Counted from the stretch's first letter, positions 1 to 9,985 are shown. The stretch is DNA of 64,000 nt from an uncultured Spirochaetota bacterium (GCA_963835575.1 CAWIGG010000002.1:768001-832000), one strand, 5' to 3'. Notes: generated from the letters alone by a model not told the origin. Program-made: numbers and translations.

Positions 1-2
1 CG

Positions 3-185
3 GTCAACGCCGGGGAGTTACTGGAAAAGGGATACATTACAAAACAGCTTTTAAATGATCCCTGGGGTACGGAATTCCGTTTAGAAGTGGATAACTCCGC
101 TAATACGGTAAAAATCATCAGCGCCGGGCCAGGCAAGCAATTCGGCACTAAGGACAACATAATTGAAGAGGTTTCCGTTCTTTAA
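3..185 (+). CDS. 3' end of a GspG-like type II secretion major pseudopilin (partial, runs off the window start)
   Basis: Own translation from base 3: VNAGELLEKGYITKQLLNDPWGTEF...IISAGPGKQFGTKDNI..., stop TAA 183-185. DPWG and SAGP.G..GT.D.I are GspG C-terminal motifs. Confidence 0.75.
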   Translation, partial: VNAGELLEKGYITKQLLNDPWGTEFRLEVDNSANTVKIISAGPGKQFGTKDNIIEEVSVL

Positions 186-295
186 ACACAGGATTCAGTG
201 TCCTGCCTTAATAAAGGGTTTCATTATGGGCAGTCCTAAAACCGATAGAATATTAAGGAATTTAGAGAATCTTATTTTCCAAGTATAAGATTTTA

Positions 296-368
296 GGCAT
301 TTCCATCCCTCACCAGTTTGTCAGGCTGAACTTGAGTAGCAATCAAACTGGTGAGGGATGGAAATGCC
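296..368. repeat. Long intergenic inverted repeat (25-bp perfect arms, 23-nt loop)
   Basis: GGCATTTCCATCCCTCACCAGTTTG (296-320) / CAAACTGGTGAGGGATGGAAATGCC (344-368); related copy at 62775-62834. Confidence 0.85.
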
Positions 369-511
369 CTTATTCTTTTTTTAGAAAGTAATGAGATGTT
401 TACGGTTCATTCTGTTGCGGCTTTTCATTCATATATTCAGAAGATGATGAAAGTCTGCGGAAAGCAATATCCGGTATATGATCGGGTTTTCTTAAGGTAC
501 GAGGCTGTGTC

Positions 512-1981
512 ATGAGCGTAAAAAAATATTTTTCATCATTTTTAACCCGGATTCTTCGTTTAACGGGTTTTGTAAAGACACTACTGGATTACAGCGGTGT
601 CTCTTTCAGGCTTTATCAGGTTTTTATCCTCGGAAGCTTTGTCCGAAGCCTGCGTTTTGAAGAAATTAAAATTGAAAACTCCCGCGGCAAAGATGCCTTC
701 ATTGATTTATTCCGTCAGATGGGGCTCAAAGCGAATCAATCCCTCCTGTTATCATTTTCCGGAGCATCAATCCACGCCATATCTTTTGACCTTCCCGGTG
801 TCAGGGAAAAAGAGCTTAATACGGCCATTCAGTGGGAACTGAAAAAAAAGCTGCCATTGCCGGATAAGGATGTTTATTATTCGCATAAAAAAATGGCGGA
901 TCCTTTTGCCAGGAAGCAAAAAAGATGGAACATTACTGCGCTGGTGGTAAAAAAGGAAGAACTTGATAATATCCTGGAAAGCCTCCGAAGCGCCGGCATA
1001 CTGGCGGAGAAAGTTTTTCTGATGCCCTTTCACAGTCTGAGGATTTTGTCCATCCCTCCCGATTCCGGTAATCTGGGGCTGTTTATCCTATCCGATCATA
1101 CGCTTGAGATTTACCTGCTCCACTCGGGAAAGGTATTTGACAGCCTGTTTTATTCTTTTGATATCCAGCATGTCAGTCCTATGACCGTTAAAAACATAAT
1201 AGACTTTATTATTCAGTTCGAAAAGAAAAGCGGTGAAAAATTGAATGGTCTTTATTTATTAAATAAGGAAAAGATGTTTCCTGACAATTTAAAACAGGCC
1301 GTTGAAAAAGCCGCGGGAGTTTCATTGTCGCCGGCTGAGAAAATACTGCCTTCTTTCGGCTCTATCAAAGGCAAAGAAAGAATACATTACCTGGACAGCC
1401 TTGGTTTGCTGCTGCGCCCTGACCCTGAACTGGAAATTACCCCTGCCCCTGTTAAAAAAGAATTCTTAAAGAATAGTATTATAAAGGGACTGGCGGCGGC
1501 GCTGGTCCTTCTGAACCTGGTTTCATTAGCTATACTTCCCACACTGATAGGTTGGATGCAGGAATATCAGAGGATTCAGGATGCAAGAAGCGGAAGCAGT
1601 TCCATGGATAGTGAAACTCAAAATCTTGCAAAGCTCCTGACGCAGGAAGATGAATTGATCCAGATGAAGCAAAAACAGGTGGAATTGACGGAAAAGATTC
1701 AGGCGCTTGAAAATACAGGCATCCCGTCTTCCAAAATCAGGTATGTTTTATATGATCTGGCAAGACTGATGCTTCCGGATACCCGCATCCTCAGGCTGCG
1801 CCTGATGCCTCCTAGGGCCGAGTTGGACGGAGAGGCGCCAAATAGTGAAGAAATGGAAGATCTGATCAAAAATTTAAGTCTTTCTAAGAAAATCTCCAAT
1901 ATCATACTTAAACGGGCGGACTTGAATCAGGAAAAAGGCAAAAGTATCCTCTTTACACTGCAGTTTGAGGTAAAGTCATGA
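512..1981 (+). CDS. PilM/PilN-like (GspL-like) assembly platform protein
   Basis: N-terminal PilM-like segment (LPGVREKELNTAIQWELKKKLP), one TM helix, coiled coil and C-terminal PilN-like domain; lies between a GspG-like and a PilO-like gene. Confidence 0.65.
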   Translation: MSVKKYFSSFLTRILRLTGFVKTLLDYSGVSFRLYQVFILGSFVRSLRFEEIKIENSRGKDAFIDLFRQMGLKANQSLLLSFSGASIHAISFDLPGVREKELNTAIQWELKKKLPLPDKDVYYSHKKMADPFARKQKRWNITALVVKKEELDNILESLRSAGILAEKVFLMPFHSLRILSIPPDSGNLGLFILSDHTLEIYLLHSGKVFDSLFYSFDIQHVSPMTVKNIIDFIIQFEKKSGEKLNGLYLLNKEKMFPDNLKQAVEKAAGVSLSPAEKILPSFGSIKGKERIHYLDSLGLLLRPDPELEITPAPVKKEFLKNSIIKGLAAALVLLNLVSLAILPTLIGWMQEYQRIQDARSGSSSMDSETQNLAKLLTQEDELIQMKQKQVELTEKIQALENTGIPSSKIRYVLYDLARLMLPDTRILRLRLMPPRAELDGEAPNSEEMEDLIKNLSLSKKISNIILKRADLNQEKGKSILFTLQFEVKS

Positions 1982-2508
1982 AAAAAAAATACTTTGCCTA
2001 TCTGTTTATTATTCTTTCGGCGGTTTGGCTTATTGCGTTTCTTATCCTTTTCCTGAATTCCCAGAAAATACAGGATCAGATAGATTTCATTAAGGAGAAT
2101 CGCCGTGAGCTGGTGAACCTTCCCTTCTATAAGAGAGAGGTTGAGAAGCTTCAAAGCGAGCTTAAGAATATCGAGTGGGATGCATTTTCAAGCAGGCCTG
2201 TCAGCGAGTTTGCGGCCCTTCTTCCAAAGCTTGCTGAAAAAAAGCAAATAGAGACCCTGAGAATCGAAAATAACGGAACCCGTATGGAAAACGGGCGTGA
2301 GGTTTCGGAACTTCAAATCAGTATAGTATCATCCTTTTCCAAAATAGCTGGTTTTATCGATTTGCTGGAGCAATCGCGCCTGCCTATTCAAATAGTCAAC
2401 CTGAATCTGGAAGAAAACAACGGCCAGATACGGACCCTGCTTTCAATAAGAATATATAAGCCGTTGGATTTAAAGCCTGCTGTTGATTCAAAAACAAATA
2501 ACCAGTAA
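1978..2508 (+). CDS. PilO/GspM-like membrane protein
   Basis: N-terminal TM helix, coiled coil, C-terminal SFSKIAGFIDLLE..RLPIQI.NLNL pattern typical of PilO; overlaps the upstream stop. Confidence 0.55.
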   Translation: MKKKYFAYLFIILSAVWLIAFLILFLNSQKIQDQIDFIKENRRELVNLPFYKREVEKLQSELKNIEWDAFSSRPVSEFAALLPKLAEKKQIETLRIENNGTRMENGREVSELQISIVSSFSKIAGFIDLLEQSRLPIQIVNLNLEENNGQIRTLLSIRIYKPLDLKPAVDSKTNNQ

Positions 2509-2808
2509 ATCATTTTTTAAAACATTCGGATTTATTAACTATTGTCAAATACCTGTGTCCTTGTAGTTTTTCGCCTGTCTTCAGCCCTGGAAAATTGTGT
2601 TTCTTCAGATGAAATGTTTATTGATCTTTAGAGCACCGCTTCACAGCCTGCCTTGAGCACTTCGAGGAGTTTATCCTGAGTGAACACGGAGGGCTTCAGG
2701 ATAATCTAACGGATGTACGGCAGAGTCGTTTTTATCAGGTTAAAGTTTTGTATTAAAAAGGACAGTCCCAAAAACCTTGATTTTTTAAAACTATGCCTTT
2801 AAATAAAA

Positions 2809-2839
2809 CAGGCAGGTTAGTCAAAAACTAGCCTGCCTG
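2809..2839 (-). terminator. Probable intrinsic terminator of the GH48 gene
   Basis: CAGGCAGGTTAG...CTAGCCTGCCTG hairpin followed by a T-rich tract on the minus strand, just downstream of the stop at 2883. Confidence 0.6.
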
Positions 2840-2882
2840 AGATTCTAAATATTTTTCCTGCTTATATTTGCTTTTGCCTGAT

Positions 2883-5384
2883 TTAGTAAAGTGTGCAAGC
2901 CGTTCCGTTTAAAGTAAACGCTGTCGGTTTGGCGTTCGAGCCGCTGTAGCTCAGATTGAAGCCGAAGCTCTGCGTCCCGCCGTTCGCGCCGATGACGTTG
3001 TTATAGCTCATATTATTCACCGTTATTGTTTCTCCGCTTGTTGTTTGAGTGGCGTTCCATATCTGAGTGATCGTCTGATTTCCGGCAAATGTCCATACAA
3101 GAGACCAGCTCGAAAGGGCTGCGGTAGTATTGTTCTTTATTGTCACTGTGACGGTAGCTCCAGCACCCCAGTCATTATTGACGGTATAATTAACCGCGTA
3201 ACCGCCGCTGGAAACAGAAGAAGCAACACTTGAAGCAACACTTGATGCCACACTGGATGCGGCCCGGCTGGAGCTGACAGGGACTGAGGATGCGACGCTC
3301 GACCGGCTGGAGCTGACAGCAACTGAAGAGGCTACACTAGACCGGCTGGAGCTGACAGCAACTGAAGAAGCCACACTGGATGCGGCCCGGCTGGAGCTGG
3401 CAGCAATTGAGGATGCGACGCTCGACAGGGAACTGGACGCAACCGAGCTGCTGGATGAGGAATTGGAAGTACTCGCGATAAAAATATCATAGTAAGCATT
3501 CGCTGTTGCAAACTCGCACTGCTGCCATGTCCTATGATAGTTGTATGTCGGTGCAGGATTACTGGTCGTGTAAGGTCCCTTAGGAGGCGTTGTTCCATAA
3601 CTCGGACGGTCCTGGTAGAATACGTTTGTCCAAGCGATAGTAGCTCCCCACGGCATAATTTTGGTTGTGCCTGAGGGCATATAATCTACCTGGGTCCAGA
3701 AGTTTGTATAATCGCTTCTCGTTTCGGGGGCCGAAACGCCCATGGAATCTTTATGCAGGGTCCATACCCTGTCAAGAATTTGTTTGGCCAGATAAAGCGC
3801 GTTTGTGTCTTCTGTGCTGTATTTCTTTGTTGCAATGTCCCACCAGATAAACACTTTCGCTAATGCACCCATTATTCCGATATCTTTGCCGTAATCGTTG
3901 GTCGGTTCCTGAACCGTCAGGTCGACATTAGGTGTTGTTGTCTGCGGGAGCGTATCGGGATTTGCCCCGTCATAAGGAATATGGGTCCCTTGTATATACC
4001 ATTCCATTCCCACGGGGATTGATACGTCCCCATCCGATGAGAGGGTAACCAACGGCTTTATCCATGCAATGAATTTCTGCAATGGAATTAACGCATTGGT
4101 ATCACCGGTAAAATAATAATACTCGGCCAATCTTTCCGCGAACCAAGCCTGATACCCTGTCCAGTCATTGCTGCCCGGATCAAGGTAGACCGGGTTGGGG
4201 TCAAACTGCATTCCATGGAATGCGTTGGCTGTAAGTGTGGGATAAGGTGTTTCTCCTGCGATATGATTTGCTACGCCGCCGCCGAAAGCTCCGTTAGTGG
4301 ACTGGACAAACTTTGCCAGCTCAAGCTGACGCTGCAGCGATGTGCCCCAGTCGGTTTGTCCGAAAGAGGTACTCAGGAAATAAGCGGCCATCGGATTTTG
4401 ATAGCCGATATGAGCCGAATGACAGCCGATGCGCCATGCCCAGTTTTGTCCGCTTCCGATCCCGGCGCCCCAGGCTGTGTACCAGCTGATTAAGTAATGG
4501 CAGGAATTGTAGCCTGATCCTGCTGTGGCAGTCTGTCCGATGACCCGGAAGTATTTGTCGAACATCGCATACCGCAGCCAGTCTCCCATCTTGGCCGCCT
4601 TGTTCGTGTAAACGGAGATATCAACACCCTGCTGGCCGGCCCAGATGTTTGCCAGATACATCGCCTGTATAATGCGGGCTTCTGCATCGGGAGCGCTGGT
4701 ATAACGCCACTGTGGTGCTGTGGACTGTACAAATACATCGTACATGCTGTAGTTACCCGGGCTGTTGCTGTCATATTCCACCTGGGCGATTGTTTTCCAT
4801 ACGCCCTCGTTTGGTCCTCTCTGGAATGTGTTTATCAGTACAGGTGCGCTTGATCCGAATTTTCGCCAGTTATCAGCGTCAATAAGCCAGTGCATCAAAT
4901 ATGTAGTTGAACCCCACTTTGACTGTAGCGAACTATAGATAGGATCGGACCCAACCGGGGCTCCCGAATCCACAGCGGCCGGATAATTGGTAGGGCTTCT
5001 AAATTCCGGGCAATAACTGGCAACTTTTGACGGGTTGTAAGTACTCCAGTTTTCCGTTGTGCTTGGAATATAGTAAGTGTCAATAACCGACCAGGCATTC
5101 TTGAACGGTGTCCAGTTGCCTGATAACTTCGCATATACGGTATCCAGCCATACCAATTCGCTGATTGATTCGCTTGTTGCGTCATGACCATAGTCTACTG
5201 CCTCAACAATAAGCGGCTCTACACAGTGGTAAGGAATCCCCTGCGGGGATAAATTATTGGCATGAATATTTGTCCACAATGTCATAAACCGGTCTGCATA
5301 AGTTCCGGCGCTTGCGCGTGTCGATAAACTTAATGCCATTATGACAAGAAACAAAACAAACCCTATAACTCTGAACTTTCCCAT
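2883..5384 (-). CDS. Secreted glycoside hydrolase family 48 cellulase with Ser-rich linker and C-terminal CBM2
   Basis: Signal peptide; GH48 motifs GIPYH..E.LIVEA.DYGH..TSE, MHWLID.DNW, INTFQRGP.E.VW.T, QWRYT.APDA.AR, CHYL.SWY.AWG; poly-Ser linker; CBM2 (NDWGAG..VTVTIKN..W..VW.F...Q.I..WNA). AGGAGGAG RBS. Confidence 0.95.
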   Translation of the reverse strand: MGKFRVIGFVLFLVIMALSLSTRASAGTYADRFMTLWTNIHANNLSPQGIPYHCVEPLIVEAVDYGHDATSESISELVWLDTVYAKLSGNWTPFKNAWSVIDTYYIPSTTENWSTYNPSKVASYCPEFRSPTNYPAAVDSGAPVGSDPIYSSLQSKWGSTTYLMHWLIDADNWRKFGSSAPVLINTFQRGPNEGVWKTIAQVEYDSNSPGNYSMYDVFVQSTAPQWRYTSAPDAEARIIQAMYLANIWAGQQGVDISVYTNKAAKMGDWLRYAMFDKYFRVIGQTATAGSGYNSCHYLISWYTAWGAGIGSGQNWAWRIGCHSAHIGYQNPMAAYFLSTSFGQTDWGTSLQRQLELAKFVQSTNGAFGGGVANHIAGETPYPTLTANAFHGMQFDPNPVYLDPGSNDWTGYQAWFAERLAEYYYFTGDTNALIPLQKFIAWIKPLVTLSSDGDVSIPVGMEWYIQGTHIPYDGANPDTLPQTTTPNVDLTVQEPTNDYGKDIGIMGALAKVFIWWDIATKKYSTEDTNALYLAKQILDRVWTLHKDSMGVSAPETRSDYTNFWTQVDYMPSGTTKIMPWGATIAWTNVFYQDRPSYGTTPPKGPYTTSNPAPTYNYHRTWQQCEFATANAYYDIFIASTSNSSSSSSVASSSLSSVASSIAASSSRAASSVASSVAVSSSRSSVASSVAVSSSRSSVASSVPVSSSRAASSVASSVASSVASSVSSGGYAVNYTVNNDWGAGATVTVTIKNNTTAALSSWSLVWTFAGNQTITQIWNATQTTSGETITVNNMSYNNVIGANGGTQSFGFNLSYSGSNAKPTAFTLNGTACTLY
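3205..3475 (-). repeat. Imperfect 39-bp tandem repeat encoding the Ser-rich linker
   Basis: CGGCTGGAGCTG recurs at 3265, 3304, 3343 and 3388; unit SSVASSVAVSSSR. Confidence 0.8.
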
Positions 5385-5992
5385 AACTCCTCCTAAATTT
5401 TTATAATTATTTTATGACCTCTCAAGAATGCTCAGGAAATACTACTTTAATTACTTTAAGTGATCAGGACTACGTTAGAATCTAACAAATTCCTCCGGGT
5501 CATATAATTTCTCCTGAACATTCCAGTTTGGCATTCTATATTAAGAGAGATATTGCAATATTTGAAAACAGGAGCACACTGCAATTAAAATTATAAAATT
5601 AATTATATAATAAAATATTCCCATTGATACTATACCTTAGGTACCGTTTTAACCGTACCTTTGGTCTGGTTTTTTTCCTGTTAGTGTTTTTTTTAATGAA
5701 ATGCGGCAGAAGTGAATATGTGTTTACGGCTATTACCATAACTAAAGACGGCTCAGTAAAGCCGGCAAAGCTTTGCCGTTGCCGTGCAAGGAGGGACTTT
5801 TTGAAAAAATCTTTTTCTATGATCATAGTTATTATTTATAAGAAAGTAATAGACATATAATGGAAGAACATGGTATCTCATTAATGGTGTGTTTTTTAGG
5901 CCAACGGCCGGAGGCGATAGAAATCGGCCTGTATTATTCAGCCGCCGGTTCATAATGGATTGGAAGTTTTAAATTATGACTGATAGAGCAGG

Positions 5993-6580
5993 TTAATATT
6001 CTACCGATTTACCGTTTGTTATGGAAAGTTCGTAATACTTGCCGTCTTTTTTAAGGATTATGCTGTCGCTTTTTATTTTAAAAACCTCTTCTCCATTAAC
6101 AACGGAGCCGTTTTTAACAATATAAGTCTGTCCCATTTCAGACTCAGGAGTCCCCTGCATCCTGAATGAATTGATGGTATTCTCATCCATACTTCCGTAG
6201 CTTGGGATTTCCTGAAGTATGGCGGTATACTCGTTATTCATAAAAACAATGGACTTGAGTATAAACCTGGAAATATATTTTTCTTCTTTAATTTCTGTAT
6301 GAACAACCGCCGTGACGGGATTCGCTATTCTTCTCGATTTTTCTTTAACTGGCGTCTTTTTATTATTAATTGCTGAAAAAGCAAAGGGGTCTCTTGTTTT
6401 TCCGAAATCCAGGTCTGTAATCTCTTCATTTTCAGCCGGCGGGCTGTTAACGATAGATACGGTTTCCTTTAGAGGTGCCTTCTGGTTGAACAGATGAAAT
6501 ATCCCAGGCACTATAAATAATATCCACAGTATTACGTTTATTAAGATTAAAGCTCCGGCCATTATTTTTTTATTATTCAT
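5993..6580 (-). CDS. Membrane-anchored PilP/GspC-like protein
   Basis: N-terminal TM helix, RDPF motif and C-terminal beta domain (LKSIVF...AIL...YIVKNG.VVNG..V.KI..DSIILK); pilin gene context. Confidence 0.55.
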   Translation of the reverse strand: MNNKKIMAGALILINVILWILFIVPGIFHLFNQKAPLKETVSIVNSPPAENEEITDLDFGKTRDPFAFSAINNKKTPVKEKSRRIANPVTAVVHTEIKEEKYISRFILKSIVFMNNEYTAILQEIPSYGSMDENTINSFRMQGTPESEMGQTYIVKNGSVVNGEEVFKIKSDSIILKKDGKYYELSITNGKSVEY

Positions 6581-6661
6581 GTCTCTTTTCCTTTTTTTCC
6601 AAGATCAGCTCCAAGCATATTGATTTTTTTGAAAGCTGACTCCAGCAATAAATATTATTTT

Positions 6662-7192
6662 TTATTCTTCTCTGTCAAATCCTGCGCAGAACCATCTTTC
6701 TAAAATAAAATTTGAGCCTTCTATTTTTAAATAGAGGGCATAAATTTTATTTATTTCCACGGGCATGACCTTCAGCTCTTGTATACCGCTGAAACGATAT
6801 TCTACACTATTTTGAATAAAATTGAAATTTTTATCTGAAGAAATAATAATGGAAGTATTGCTGATGGAAATATAATAATTATTTTTCCCCCATGTTTTAA
6901 GCACAAGATTTCCCCCTTCAGACGTTAAATGATAGCTTCTTTTAAATATGCCTTCGAGGGATTTTGTAAGCCTTGTGGCTGTAATAGAATTTCCGTCGGT
7001 CATAATAAGCTTTTTTGTCCAGTTAATGGATGTCACAAATAAAATGACAGTCAGGTTCATCACGATGGAAAAAATAAGCACGCCGACAATGACTTCGATA
7101 AGTGTGAAACCTTTCAAGGAAATGTTAAGGTTCCTGTATTTCGTGCAGAAACGCTTCAGAAAATGTCGTTTCAATCGATAGCTCCTTTTCAT
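6662..7192 (-). CDS. Prepilin-type N-terminal cleavage/methylation protein (minor pilin/pseudopilin)
   Basis: Basic leader, then KG|FTLIEVIVGVLIFSIV. Confidence 0.85.
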   Translation of the reverse strand: MKRSYRLKRHFLKRFCTKYRNLNISLKGFTLIEVIVGVLIFSIVMNLTVILFVTSINWTKKLIMTDGNSITATRLTKSLEGIFKRSYHLTSEGGNLVLKTWGKNNYYISISNTSIIISSDKNFNFIQNSVEYRFSGIQELKVMPVEINKIYALYLKIEGSNFILERWFCAGFDREE

Positions 7193-7610
7193 ATGACAAT
7201 CCAGTTTGCCCGCGAAGTTTTCCTTCTATGGCAATATCCACCAGTAAGGGTCTGATTCTCCTGATTTTTTTGTAAGTATATATTACGAGATCATTCTCAA
7301 TGTTTGTTCCCATATCGTTTAAATAGATTGGCGGATAAGCGCTATTTGAAATAACGCTTTTATCTTCCTCGGAAAAAAGAGAGTCAAAAAGATTTGTAGA
7401 AAGATAGATTTGGGTCAAATAGTTATAAGAATACTCGGTGAATTTGTGAATGACATTGTCCCGCACACTGACTTTAAGCTGGCTGCTGAGTATTATAAGG
7501 AAGAAAGTGATGGAAAATGCCAGGATTGATAAGCTTACAAGAACTTCTATGAGTATATATCCGTCCAGAAATCTTTTCTGCTTCAGAAAGAGTAATATTG
7601 ATCGTTTCAT
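7125..7610 (-). CDS. Prepilin-type protein (minor pilin/pseudopilin)
   Basis: DG|YILIEVLVSLSILA class III signal; start placed at MKRS (7610) rather than 7682. Confidence 0.75.
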   Translation of the reverse strand: MKRSILLFLKQKRFLDGYILIEVLVSLSILAFSITFFLIILSSQLKVSVRDNVIHKFTEYSYNYLTQIYLSTNLFDSLFSEEDKSVISNSAYPPIYLNDMGTNIENDLVIYTYKKIRRIRPLLVDIAIEGKLRGQTGLSYEKELSIETTFSEAFLHEIQEP

Positions 7611-7715
7611 ACTTTTTTTCCTGCAGATATTGTTTTTCGAATCATTAAAAAATAATGAAGGAACCCTTATTAAGGGGGACAATATCCTAAATTATACCCT
7701 TATTTTAATTGAAAA

Positions 7716-8348
7716 TTAAAAAATATCAAAAATTTTCCCTAAAACATTTTTTCCATATTCCCGGAAAGGATAGTAAAAAAATAAAATTATATGAAAAAAC
7801 GGGATTAATGGGATAAGCGGTTGATCCTTACTCCACATTTTTGATAGTCTCAGAAACAAATAAAATACGATTGCTGAAATTGATGCAAGAAACAGCATTA
7901 TAAAAATTTCCTGAGGTTGAATAAGCAGGCAAACCACTGCAAAGACGATTATATCGCCGGTTCCCATTCCTTTACCCCGCGTCAGAAGGTAAGGCAGCAA
8001 TAGAGTAGTAAGACCTATAATTCCGGAAAGAAAAGCCGTTAAGAGTGAATGATTCTGAAAAAGAAGAATCAGTATGATGTTTGTGAATAATAAAATAACC
8101 GGAATAATTGAGACCTTTTGCTCTATAAAATCTTCAAGAGACAATTGCAGCAGTATGGAAAACAGTGCGGCGAATAAGAAATACTCATTCAAAGGAAGCC
8201 CGGTGTAAATGAAGCAGAAAAGAATAGCGTGAGATAGACAAACAAGCAAAACTATAAAAGGTTTTTTTCTATAAAAAAGCCAGAACAAAAAACCGCTTGA
8301 AAAAAAAATCGCTGCAGGAAGGACGAAATGGAAAAGAGTCTCAATCAT
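7716..8348 (-). CDS. Prepilin peptidase, family A24 (no N-terminal Zn/methylase domain seen)
   Basis: Polytopic membrane protein with the two catalytic Asp motifs SLEDF and GMGTGD plus IPLIPF; next to pilin genes. Confidence 0.85.
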   Translation of the reverse strand: MIETLFHFVLPAAIFFSSGFLFWLFYRKKPFIVLLVCLSHAILFCFIYTGLPLNEYFLFAALFSILLQLSLEDFIEQKVSIIPVILLFTNIILILLFQNHSLLTAFLSGIIGLTTLLLPYLLTRGKGMGTGDIIVFAVVCLLIQPQEIFIMLFLASISAIVFYLFLRLSKMWSKDQPLIPLIPFFHIILFFYYPFREYGKNVLGKIFDIF

Positions 8349-8419
8349 AATATTCTAAAATACCTTATTTTTGAATCATTTCTTTCGTTAAGATTTTAAA
8401 AACGGCTTTCCGGGGGTTT

Positions 8420-9985
8420 TTATTTTTTCCGCATCAGTTTAGACTGTGCGCTGTATTCCACCGCTTCCAAAGAATAGAGATCTTTGAAACCGTTATCATT
8501 GTAAATCACGTTATATTGCTTTATTATACTTTCTTTCCATTGATCATAATTCTGCCTGAACAGATCGCCTTTCAACCGCTCAGCGATTTGATGTTCTGCT
8601 TGATTATAGCTTAATTGGACTATTTTTCCACCTATGTTGGTAATAAATCTTGCCTTATATTTATTATAATAATCCTTTTTAGCCTCGGGAGTCAGCAGAG
8701 CTTCTGCTTTAGTAAGCAGTTCTTTTTCAAAAACCTGCACGGAAAGATTTTTGGTAATGCTGTCTTTTGATTTTTCAAGTTCCTTCAAAAAAGAAGGGTC
8801 TTTTTCAACGCCCTGTTTTTTAGCGGTTCCCAGCACAAAGGCAAAGTTTTTATAATTCTGCATCTGGAGAATGAAACTTTCAAAGGTTATATTTGAATTA
8901 AAATCCGGGACATAGAGTAAAATGAATCCCTGACAATCTTTCCATGTTTTAGGCTGGCCGAAAATATTCACTAAAACCAGATCGGGCGGCAATTGTGCCG
9001 GCTTATAGGTTTTTCCGTCAATTATAAGCGTTTTATTTGTATAATCCGGAGTATAAGCATCTTTTATATTTTCTTTTTTTATCCTGTCCAGGAATGAATT
9101 CCCGTAAAAAGATTCAAGCCTTTTGAAAAGATCCTTTCCTTCTGAATTTTTAATTTCATCAAGAGATTTCTTTTGATGTGGGGATTTTATATAGATAATG
9201 TAATATCCGCTGGTTGTTAAAACAGGCTTGTCCAGTAAGCCGCTTTTCCCGGCAGAAAAAGCCGCATCTTCGTATTCCTTTGCCATATAGCCTTGAGGAA
9301 TAAAACCATTATCTCCGCCGTTGCTGGCGGTTGTATGATCCTCCGATAGGACGGCCGCTGTTTTGGCAAATTCTTTTTCAATATCCTTCGATTTTTTCAG
9401 GCTGTCGATGATGTTGAGAGCGGCCATTTGCTTTGATTTGATTAAATTGTCATAATCCTTGTCTGAAAGGATTATTTGCTTTTCCTGGAAATTTGTAATC
9501 GCCTTTTTTGTCCGGTAAATATTTGTAAAGCCTGCAACCGGCTTGATGATGTTTGTGAATCTGCTTGCCAGAAGAAGTATATGAGCGGTATGGGCTGCAT
9601 CATACCTTTCATTTTTAGCCGAACTTTTTATCGATTCTTCTCCCTTCTGATAAAGAAGCAAAAGGTTGTTTTTATAATATTCCAAGTCGAAATCTGTTTT
9701 AAATCCTGGAATATTGGTAAAACCTGTTTTGGCTTTTTCAAGAAAAACCAGATTCCGGGTGAGATAACTGTCAAAAATAAAATCTCTATGCCAGCCAGTA
9801 TTGGATATGATGGAGGGATTATTGACAACATAAGGCAGGATATTATTTTTTATATCTCCTATTGTTACAGAATATGTTTTTACTCCGTCGTTATAAGTCG
9901 CAATGACTGATCCGTCTTTTGAACAGCATGCCAAAAAGAAGAATGCGGTGATAATTAACAGACTTGAATGCTTTAGACTTTTCAT
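8420..9985 (-). CDS. Parvulin/PpiC-type peptidyl-prolyl isomerase lipoprotein (PrsA/SurA-like)
   Basis: Lipobox-like FLACC; AHILL, FAK.A..LSED..TASNGGD.G and M.KEYEDAAFS rotamase motifs. Start moved to the ATG at 9985, which follows a GGAGG RBS. Confidence 0.85.
   Translation of the reverse strand: MKSLKHSSLLIITAFFFLACCSKDGSVIATYNDGVKTYSVTIGDIKNNILPYVVNNPSIISNTGWHRDFIFDSYLTRNLVFLEKAKTGFTNIPGFKTDFDLEYYKNNLLLLYQKGEESIKSSAKNERYDAAHTAHILLLASRFTNIIKPVAGFTNIYRTKKAITNFQEKQIILSDKDYDNLIKSKQMAALNIIDSLKKSKDIEKEFAKTAAVLSEDHTTASNGGDNGFIPQGYMAKEYEDAAFSAGKSGLLDKPVLTTSGYYIIYIKSPHQKKSLDEIKNSEGKDLFKRLESFYGNSFLDRIKKENIKDAYTPDYTNKTLIIDGKTYKPAQLPPDLVLVNIFGQPKTWKDCQGFILLYVPDFNSNITFESFILQMQNYKNFAFVLGTAKKQGVEKDPSFLKELEKSKDSITKNLSVQVFEKELLTKAEALLTPEAKKDYYNKYKARFITNIGGKIVQLSYNQAEHQIAERLKGDLFRQNYDQWKESIIKQYNVIYNDNGFKDLYSLEAVEYSAQSKLMRKK

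Noticed and set aside
2640..2706. CCTTGAGCACTTCGAGGA / CCTGAGTGAACACGGAGGG, a possible decayed REP-like doublet
   Set aside because: Too degenerate, and no second copy in the window to support it.
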